Below are positions 48,150-57,416 of a DNA stretch of 57,416 bases, piece after piece. A program made the translations under genes and the position numbers. The stretch covers positions 1,143,073 through 1,200,488 of the forward strand of contig WELB01000015.1 in assembly GCA_009602725.1 (NCBI GenBank), read 5' to 3'. This DNA comes from Spirogloea muscicola. Taxonomy: Eukaryota. Below the pieces are notes generated by a model that saw only the letters and a program-made list of their open reading frames with translations, ran no database searches and was not told the origin of the DNA. Each line of letters opens with the position of its first letter. Position 1 is the stretch's first letter.

Positions 48150-49395
48150 GACAGGGCCGGAAGCCAGCCCACAAAAGAAGGACCAGATCTCAAGAGAAAG
48201 CGCTTCCAGATTGGCAGCGGTGGCTGGGAGAGAAGTGCTCGCCCATAGAGAAGAGTGGCTGGCAAAGCCAGCCCAAAAAGAATGGACAATATCCCAAGCC
48301 AAAGAAAGAGGTGCCGAAAAGAACTACACTACAGTCCATGCCTCCTTTAAGGCTTTGCCAGCCACTCTTCTCTATGGGCGAGCACTTCTTTAAGGCCAGC
48401 CCAAACAAAGTGCTCGCCCACAGAGTGGCTGGCAAAGCCAGCCCAAAAAGAATGGACGATATCCCAAGCCAAAGAAAGAGGCCCAAAGGAATGGACAAGG
48501 TCTGAAAGGGCCGGATGGCGCAAGAAGAAAGTGCTCGCCCATTGAGAATAGGGGCTGGAACAACCAGCCCGAAAAAGAATGAACAGAGTACGAGAAGGGG
48601 GCCAAGAAGCAAGAAACTAATCGCTAAGGCGTCAGCAAGTAGGCTCTCAGTAACCTCTAGTCAGTAGGTCTAGTCTGAAAATAAACAGCCGAAGGGGCCG
48701 AAGATTAACACGAACTTTGTCTTCCAGTAGAGGGCTGTATTGGCTGAATCACACAGCAAGTGACTACAGCGAATAGGAGCTCAGTAACCCCGAGTCAGCA
48801 GCCGCAAGTCGGAGTAGCTTGCAGCTGGTGTATTTACTGGCTGCATTGGCACCCTTTCCCTTTCGAACCTTGTCGATACTTTCCGGGCTGGCGTATCACA
48901 GCCCTTGCCCCCATTGGAGAAAATGCGTGTATATTAAGAGATGGGGAGGCCATGTGTGCCATTGGGAGAGCCACTTTCATTCATGTGGGCCGCACCGCTT
49001 TCTCGTGCCTACTAAATGATCCATCCTCCCCCTGTACTGACTAGCATCTTCAGGGCCCTTTGTCCTGCGACTGCTTAGCAGGGGTTACTGAGTAGTTAGT
49101 AGCATCTTTGTTTCTTCTTGTGTGCTTCTTTCTTAGTGCTTCGCCTTAGTGCTTCGCCTGGCCCCCTTCTTCTTCTTGGGCTTCTTGTACTCTTCTCATT
49201 CTTTTTTGGGCTGGCTGTTCCAGCCCCTATCCTCAATGGGCGAGCTCTTTCTTCTCCTTTGTAGCTGCGAAGAGAGAAACGCTTGTAGGCCCCTCCGAAC
49301 CATTCTTTTTGGGCTGGCTTTTCGCAGCCCTTGCCCCCATTGGGAGTGCCACTTCTTCTGATTTCACAGCCGATTCTTCCATATCAGCAGCCGCA
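48150..49395. mobile_element. Nest of CRE-like LINE 3' ends directly upstream of TROL
   Basis: About ten GGGCTGG..CAGCCC terminal motifs; LRLLSRGY* plus a full 3'UTR at 49065-49255; last motif ends about 100 bp before the ATG. Confidence 0.85.
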
Positions 49396-49454
49396 TTCAC
49401 CTGAGGTCTCGGGTTCGAGCTCCCATCCCCCCAGAACTGCGCGCCCCCGCCGCC

Positions 49455-52400
49455 ATGGCCACCGCCGCCGCCGCCGCCGCCGCCGTTGCCGGGCCCGCGG
49501 GCCTCGGGGCGAGGCCTCCGCTTTTTTTTTTTTNCCGCCGGCGCGCTGCTCGGCGCCGCGCAGGGCGCCGCCGCGGCGGCGCTGGCGCTGGATTACGACG
49601 AGGTCGTGCGCGGGCCCGCGCGGGCGATCGAGTCCGTGGACCTGCCGAGCTTCGAGCTGCCGGCCGTCGAGCTGCCGGATGTCGACCTCAGCGGCCTCTC
49701 GGACCTCGCCTCCTCGACTAACCCGCTCGTCTTCCTCGGTGAGCGCCTCGCTCAGCCACGCTAAGCTCCGCACTCGCCTTCTTGCAATTTATCGCCATAT
49801 ATCCATGCTTCGAGCTGGTGCTCAGCACCGCTGAAAGCAGACTAGCTTTGCCTGATGCCTCCCTCGCTGCTCTTGACTCTGAAGTCTACTGATGAAGGAG
49901 ATATGGCAAGGTATCAAGAGTGTGATTCAACAGATTGTTTTGCTCCAGAATACATGAAAAGGTAGTATAATCAATACTGAGGATCAAGCGCGCCACCTCG
50001 GAGAGCGAAGGATACTCATTCTCGGCCTGTTTCGCCGGAGGCGGCAGGCGCTGCAGCTGCGGTCGGCGGCCCGGCGATCGCCGTGAGGCTGCTGGGAGGC
50101 GGCGGCGGCTACGCCGGCGACGTCTTGCCGGCGCAGGCGCTGGAGAGGCTGGAGGCTGAGAAGGAGGCGGCGCTGGTGGACATCAGGAGCAAGTCGGAGC
50201 GAGCTGCCGAGGGGTCCCCATCCGTGAAGTCCACCGGGAAGCGCGCCGTCGGCTTGCCATATGCAGCCGGCGATGAGGAGGCCGCGTTCGCCAAGAAACT
50301 GTCATCCTTCCGCGGCATCACGACCGACTCCCAAGTCTACCTTCTTGACACGTACGGCTGCATGCTTGCCCTCCTCAGCCTCATGGCATCATAGTTGATC
50401 ATGCACACGCCGAGTTGTTGACCCTTGGGCTTGTGATTGTCTTCTTGGCGATATCTCCACCACTGCGGTCTCCTGAAATTTGTGGATTGTGGTGAGGGCC
50501 AGAAGCCGATTATCCACCACATGCGCCTAACGGATGGTGCTGCTTGCCACGTGGCCATTGCAGGAACGGCAGTCTGTCATCAACAGCAGCTAAGGGGCTG
50601 GCCAAGTCTGGCTTCAAGAAAGTATTTGTTGTCAAGGGGGGTGCAGAAAGCTGGAAGGTAAGGTCTCTGCGTGTTCTTGTGCTACATTACAAGGTGGAGA
50701 AGGCATACTTTGATGTAGCCTCCTGCCTGGGCTGCTTCACATGCAGCAGATCTGACTGGCCTGCATTTGCCAGTTTGGCAGGGCTTTTTGACTTCCACTT
50801 CCGACAGACGCGATAGACAGACAGTGTGCACCACTTTGAAGCATTAAAATGGCACACTAAGTGTAATAGAAACGTGCAGCCATGAGAATGTCTATATTGT
50901 AAGTTTCTATGATATGCATGCTGATCTCTAAGAGATTTTTCGCCATTCAGTGTTGCCGACTCATGCTTTTGAGCTTCTGGCTGGTGATCAGAGCGCAGGA
51001 CTGGCCTGGAACGAACCAGGAGCTGGCTTCAAGTTGGACCTTAGCGCGTTCAAGGAGGCTTTCAGCAGTATTGGGGTATGCATGAACTCCACACAAAGCT
51101 GCTTTAATATTCTTCAGCCGTCACACACCATGCTCTCAATAGCACCTGATGACTGACAACTGCAAGCACATGGCATGGTGCTCTCGGTTAGTGAGGCATA
51201 TACGTTGGAGGCTTATCACAAACGTGGACTAAGTGGATGCCTTAGACTGCAAGTGGCGGTTTGCGCTGATGACAACTAGTAGCGCTCCTGTGCTTCAGTC
51301 GGAGGAGCTTGGACCAGCCACAGTGGGAGTTGCAGCTGCTGCTGGCATTTCATTGCTTGTCCTGTCTGAGGTGATGAATCTCTGAGCATTTTGTCACATC
51401 TAGCACTGCACTAGGAGAGAATAGAAATCGATCACGCCAGCTACTCACAGACTAGAAACCACCCCTTAGAAAGGAGTGCAAAGGGCCTATCACTGCTACT
51501 GAAGCTGAGTTGTTGTTACGATCGCAGGTGGAGACGGCCCTTCAGCTGCTTGGATCTGTGGCCCTTGTGCAACTCTTCCTCAAAAAGTTCTTGTATGCGG
51601 AGGTTCGTCTACAATGCTCTGTAGAGATTGCTCTTCAGAGCAGAGCAGACCCGGGGCTTGCTTGCCAGTATTTGCAAGGTCATGACTGACAATTTGTGGC
51701 AGGAGGGGCAAGGGCTTAGAGAAATCCTGCTTGCAAATCTGTCACATCGAACGTGATAGTCAGACTCGTACGCTTTGCACAACTGCAGTGGTCAAAGGTG
51801 GTGCCAATGGTGCTTTCTGATAGTAACATTGATGACATTGGATACTGCGTTCCTGGCCCACAACCAAGGTTGTTCAAGCTATTGGAAGTCATGCTCAGAT
51901 GACAGGTGGTGGGTACAGCTTTTCAGGGCAGCTAATGTATGTAAAGCCATTGTTGCTCGCAGGACCGAGACAAGACTATCAGTGAAATAAAGACTTTCTT
52001 GGACACCAAGGTTGCTCCCAAGGACCTGGATAGTGACATCAAGGTACAAAGGCGTTGCCTGAACCAGTCATTGTCCTAGTTGCTGTTAGGTACAAAGGCA
52101 GCTAATTGGAGCACTGGTTTGCATAATAAAAGTGTGCTGTATTCCTGTACGTCCAGTTGTCTTACTTATCTGAACAACTACTGTGCAACACAACATGCTG
52201 ACAGGCTGTTGGAGCAACCCTTTTCCCTGACTTCAAGTTCAAGTCAACTCCCACCTCGTCAGAAAGCTCCAGCAGCACTGGCAGTAGCAAGACCAACAGC
52301 AGCACACGTGGTAGCGCCGGGGGCCCTTCATCTTCGTCAACAGACCTGCCCAAGTCCAGCCAGCCCCTGTCCCCATACGCTCAAGTATGGATTGCATCGC

Positions 52401-52624
52401 AAGTTGCTGCTTATGGGTGCGAGATTGGATGCATGCTCTCAAGTCCTGGTCAAGCGACCAAGCTGATAACCAGATGTGCCTGAAGCTGGCACATCAATAG
52501 CAGGAGGTGTGCTCCAGTCGCACAGCTGCTTAACTCATATGCATGCTTGCTGTTGCCTGTGTTGTTCCTTGCACAGTACCCAGACTTGAAGCCTCCGACA
52601 TCACCGTCTCCTAGCCCACCATGA
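49455..52624 (+). CDS. TROL: Thylakoid rhodanese-like protein TROL (STR4), with C-terminal FNR-binding motif
   Basis: ALDYDEV; NPLVF; LVDIRS..GSPSVK; VGVAAAAGISLLVLSEVETALQLLGSVALVQLFLKKFLYAEDRDKTISEIKTFLDTKVAPKDL; ends QPLSPYAQYPDLKPPTSPSPSPP*. Confidence 0.92.
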
Positions 52625-53311
52625 GTTAGACACTTGGAGTGAGCAACATTGAGCGAAGCTAGTACTTGCCGAAGGCGGTATTGGGACTTCTCTTCCAACT
52701 TCTTACCACTTCCCAGACGACCAGATATACCATGTAGCAAGAGCCAGATGGGGTTGAATTTTCAGTTCGTGTGTTGTGATGTAGTCTACACTTGAACAAG
52801 ATTGGGGTCAATCTCGATGACGCAGTGCACTCAGGATGTCAACGAACTAGCATAGCCTACAAATCCTGCCACTGCATGTCCTATCGCAAACATCCCTGCC
52901 GAGCCTCTGAGGTTGCACGTGAGGTGTATGAGATGCAAAGACTGATAAATTGATGCGAAAGTGAGATCGGCTCCCACTTGGCCCACCTCACGAGACACAT
53001 CCTGGAGTAGGGCAAGGCATGTGATCTTGTATCTTTGGCAGCATTGGAGGCAACTCACCTGCTGCAAAGCCATGGTCAGGTCCGCACAAGTTGTGCAGCC
53101 TGTGATGATGCATGTGCAATCAAAATGTGCATGTGAGAAGCAGATTCCAGAACCTTGAACCACAGGCGGGACTCCCACAGCTGATTGTCAAAAGTGCACA
53201 CGCAAGTGAAGTGGCAGTAGCTTCATCTTGCAGGATTATTGCAGAACTATCGGAGGAAATGTTCACTGCACTCCTCTCGGTCATGCGATAATGCTGCAAG
53301 CAAAATCATTC

Positions 53312-56300
53312 CTACTGAATGCCTGCCAAGATGGTGGCAGAAACCGCGTGAGGCCCAGCTGCCTCAGTGACGCCGGAGCTGTCAACTGTCTTGAGGCTAA
53401 GGTGCAGTGCGGCACTGCTGATCAAATGTTCATTCCACAGCTTGAGAAGTAACAGCATGAAGCTCCTGCAGGATAGCGCACGGCAGCAGGCAGCATGTGG
53501 ACTGTCAGCAGTTGTCTGGCGTGGTCAAGGACATGGGAACATGTCCTTGACCACACTGCTGACGGTAGAGCCAAAGGGCTTGCGACAGAGGAGATCTTGT
53601 CTAAGTCTAAGTATTATTCGACTTGGGCTTTGACGCTGAGTTGCAGTATCTCACGTTAACCTGCTTAAGATCATGCATCTTAGCCTCCTCCTAGGTCAAT
53701 GATAGAGTCAAAGTCATCTGATTCAAAGATGGCGAGTCTTAAGGCTCGTTGGTCTGCAGCCAACGTGGTAGTCACGAGCTGAGGGTGTATTGAGGTCTTT
53801 CGAGGTTGAAGTCAAGTGGCTGATAGATCTGAGGAGGGACATCTTATGAACATTACATGTACTATCAAGGATTTAAGCAAGAACGAGGAGTCAACAAGGA
53901 AGGGGCGGAGCATCCAGGACCTGCGGAGAGAAGGGCACGAGGCGAAGTGCGTGGCATGCTGGCGCGCAAAAGCCTGGCACGCCCACTCGCAGTGCAAGTC
54001 GGCGAAGATCCTGCAGGGTCGAGCCTGCCACGCACGGTCAGCGTGGCGCTGGGAGGGCCACTTACTCGGCCTGCAACAACGGTGAACTACACGGGGGTCG
54101 ACTTAGGCCAGGCCTTGGTTGAGGCCAGACTGACCTTTGGCGGCGCACGAAGCTGTTCCACAGGTACATCACCTCCTTCTCCTCGGCGACCACGTCGTCA
54201 AACTCGTCCAGCCGCTGCATTGAGCAACAACGTTGTCCCCAATCAATGTACGGCCGCTTCTCAGTTTGTTGGTGCCGCCTGATGGGAGGGCAGGTAGCCC
54301 GCCTCCACCAAGGCGCACCCGCGCACTCTCGAGGTCGGCAACCTCCTCGTCCATGTCGTCCTCACTGTCTTGGTCGCTCAGCAACTCCGAGATTGACAGT
54401 GGCTGAAGACAACCAACAAATGTCAGAGTGAGTTGAAGCTGTTTCAGTCAAATTGACATTAGCTGCCAAAGTCAAACTCAAGGTGGTCATCATGACGAGT
54501 AGTTGAGGTTACACTCTATGCTGGGTTTGGTGACATGTCAAGGTCAGCTTGATGACATCCGTACAGAGAAAGTCTTGGAAGTGCCCAGATTACAAACCTA
54601 CGGCACATCTGGAGATGAGACCCCAAACACAGAACAACATCTCACAGATGTAGTCAAACAGGGGGGCACCTGGGCCGACCGCGAGTGATAGAACGTGCGC
54701 GACTGCAGCCTCTGCTCGCTGGCAGTGCAAGGAGCATTGCCACTGCCATGTAAGTTTGCATCACTAACTTTTAAGCGCAATTGTAGACTCCATAAAGCAC
54801 AGCGTGATGTTGCTGTGCAGCTTCAAGACGTGTGTCCAGATTCCTCAAGCTGGACATGAGCACCCAGTGACCCAAAAGGATCCAGACTGAGGTCTGAGGT
54901 CTTTGTAAGCTTGCATATATGCACCCTGATTGTACCGGCGGATTTTGTAGGCAGACGCGGAGAGCCGGGCCTTGAGCGGGAACGAAGGAGGCGTTACGCC
55001 AGGTATGCTAGCTCCAGAGGAGGACAGTAGCGCTGCCGACGAGAGCGCCGCCTGCAGCTGCCGCCACTGCTCCTCTCTTGGCACCGCCGGCCCCGCCGGC
55101 GCCCGCCACTCAAGGCTGGCTCGCTTCTGCCGGCCTGACCTGCAGGATGAGCTCAGGAGGCAGGAGTCTAGCGTTTGGGGTACTCTCACTTCTTTCATCC
55201 ATGTCTATAGATAAAGCCTTCATACTGAAAATTGAGAAATAGAGTAGTGTGCGATCTAGAGTGGGGTGCTCTGCCAGGATGGTCAGTTGATCAATGCTCA
55301 AGAGCTGTAGTAAGAGCGGCACCACAAGACGAACGGCTGGAGGGGCAGGCTCCTCGTTGCAACCTGGCCGCCCCAAGAGCAAGCGCGCGTGGTAGCCGCT
55401 GCTGCCTCCGTCAGGACGGCCGCTCTCGGGGCAAACATACAGGGGTGGGCTGTGGCTCCCACAGAGTCACTGCCGTCTTCAGAGCATTGCCGTCAAAGGA
55501 AGGTACAGTGAGCTAGAGCTGGAGACATAACCAGGAGCAAAGTGGAAAGAGGAGGAATGGACAACCGCATATCATCAGTCAGGACTTTCCCGAAGAGGCA
55601 TATGCTAAGGTGTACACGTGTTAGAGCGTCAGGGCTTGGAGAGTCTGGGAGGGTAGTGAGGCAGCTGCACACCTTGTGGTGGTAGGGCTGCGCGCAGATG
55701 ACGTCGACGCGGGGCGGGCATGCATCGGGCTGCGAGTGCAGTCACGGCCACCAAGCGCAGGCTCTAATTGTCATGCTCAGCTAGCTTGAGCGAGACTTTT
55801 GTAGCAGCAACGTAAGATTTGCAGTACATTTAATCAAGAGGGGTGGGCTCGAAGATTGGTGCAGGCTTACGTGGAACGCGAAGTGGAAGAGGTCATGGCA
55901 GGCACGCAGGTGGTGCTCCAGGCTCTGCAAAAGGTTGGCGACGGGACTGAGAGGCAGGTGGTGGTGGCTCGGTGAGGCCTGGGCAGCTAAGCATCGCCAT
56001 GCAATCATGGGTACGTCGATGGCAGCAAAGGGTAGGGTGCAGGACGACGGCGGTTGCAATGGCTGTGGCTGCGGGCTTCCATGTGCTTAAGATTGCAGGA
56101 GTGACAGGTGGAATGTACTAAAAGATTCAAGGCAGCAATGGACCTGAAAGGAGCCGCAGAGGAGGAGGCAGAAGGGGCACGCATGCTGCTCTATGACTGG
56201 CACTACCTCAGTTGCCGCAGATACACAAGCTTCAGTGTTAGCCTCTGATGGAGGCTGATAGAGGACAACTGTGCCTAGCTTTATGCACAGCTTGAGATTC

Positions 56301-57416
56301 AGGATGTTAATGAGGGCCTCTTGCAGGAACGCCACGGTGAGCGAGGTGCAGCTGCAGACAGGCACAAGCGGCAGCGGAGCAGCAGACCTTGCGACTTGTG
56401 GTGCTCGTAGCCGTCATAGAAGAAGCGGAAGAGGACGCGCGTGGCGCTGAGGTCGCCGCTGTGCACGCGCGCCAGGAGGAAGTAGGAGCAGCCACCGCTG
56501 GTCAGGGCCCCGCAGTCTGGCCACGCCAGACCTCAACATGGAGGCCTAAAGTCGTGAGCTCTTCACCAAGGGATGCTGCGAGCTGCGGGGGAAGGAGCGC
56601 TTCTTCACTTGGTGTGGCGAGGAAATGGCGCGAGCTGTGTGCCGTCGGCGGCGGCGACGGCCGGCACGCATGCGCGCCGCACGTTCACAAGCAGGCGGAG
56701 GCCTCCCGGGGCGTCGGCGGCGGCTGCGTCGTGCCTCACCAGCAGCCGCGACGCGATGCCGTTCGCGCGCTCCTCCTGCGGTGAGCGCCGGAGGTGAGAC
56801 TTTGCTGCTGCGGCCAAGCACTCTGAGCTGCGCCAGCTCCACTTTGACTTAACGGTTCTGGTTAAGGGTTTAAAGTTTAGGGGTTTGGAGTTCTGGCTGA
56901 GGAGGAGAGCGTGAGGAAAGGAAGCCAGCGCCAGCACCTTGGGCAGGGCGCCCTGCAGCGGCACACGCTGCCAGCTGCGCCCGCTGCCCACCGCCAGGAC
57001 CGCCGCCGCCGTCCAGCCCCTGCTGCAGCGCCTCAGCGCCACGGCCGGGAGCTGCAGCTGCCCGAGGTGCACGCGCCCGCTTTTGTCTGCGACAATGGCA
57101 GCGCGATAGGACGGCCGTGTCAATGTCGGCGTCCTTACGGGCAGAATCTCTGCCAGAGTCAGATTGTTGTAAGCCAGTAAGCTCGTTGTGAGAGAGACTC
57201 TTCCAGTAGAGGGCCATGGCTGTGACTGGCCAGCCCAGAGAAAAGAATGAGCAAAGCTCATCCCAGAGATTTGAACTCTGGTCTCCAATGTCGGAGTGAA
57301 GGCAGTTAAGAACCTGTGAGGAGGCAGAGGAGGACGAAGCCGGTGGCGCTGGCGGCCACCAGGCGCTGCAGCGGCGTGCCGCCGCCGGCGGCGAGGGCGA
57401 CGGCGGCGCCTGCGGC
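53312..57416 (-). CDS. EMF2: Polycomb PRC2 subunit EMF2/Su(z)12 (C2H2 finger + VEFS box), 5' part outside window
   Basis: VLFRFFYDG..KSQVIEQHACPFCLLLCGSFQ-SLEHHLRACHDLFHFAF; RTFYHSRSAQ; LSDQDSEDDMDEEVADLES; RIFADLHCEWACQAFAR; FMLLLLKLWNEHLIS. The stop position is tentative. Confidence 0.88.
57190..57252 (-). mobile_element. Isolated LINE 3'-terminal motif in an EMF2 intron
   Basis: CTCATTCTTTTTCTGGGCTGGCCAGTCACAGCCATGGCCCTCTACTGGAAGAGTCTCTCT, nearly identical to 418-472. Confidence 0.75.

Noticed and set aside
49455..52624. Calcium-sensing receptor CAS
   Set aside because: The post-rhodanese TM region and PLSPY..YPDLKPP tail match TROL.

Overview
Eukaryotic, intron-rich, GC-rich nuclear DNA. 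It is most likely from a streptophyte green alga; this is inferred from plant-type RRP43, TROL and EMF2, nuclear-encoded plastid L12 and TTTAGGG-type repeats. Eleven protein-coding genes, ten of them visibly spliced, are recognisable: NAR1, two paralogous Ig/filamin-like + SGNH (TBL/NXPE-like) genes, RRP43, an ER-type LEA protein, an animal-like SETD7 methyltransferase, an RluD-type pseudouridine synthase, an ABCC transporter, plastid RPL12, TROL and EMF2/Su(z)12. There are four assembly gaps. The most striking non-genic structure is a set of dense nests of 5'-truncated, CRE-like (RLE-type) non-LTR retrotransposon 3' ends from many diverged families. They are stacked head-to-tail on pyrimidine tails, share two conserved terminal stem-loop motifs, and sit almost only in intergenic blocks on the 5' side of genes. 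Also notable: a ~200-nt G-U-biased hairpin behind RPL12, degenerate telomere-like clusters in introns, and a 4x tandem duplication of a complete exon-intron-exon junction. Exon boundaries and counts were read by eye and are approximate.
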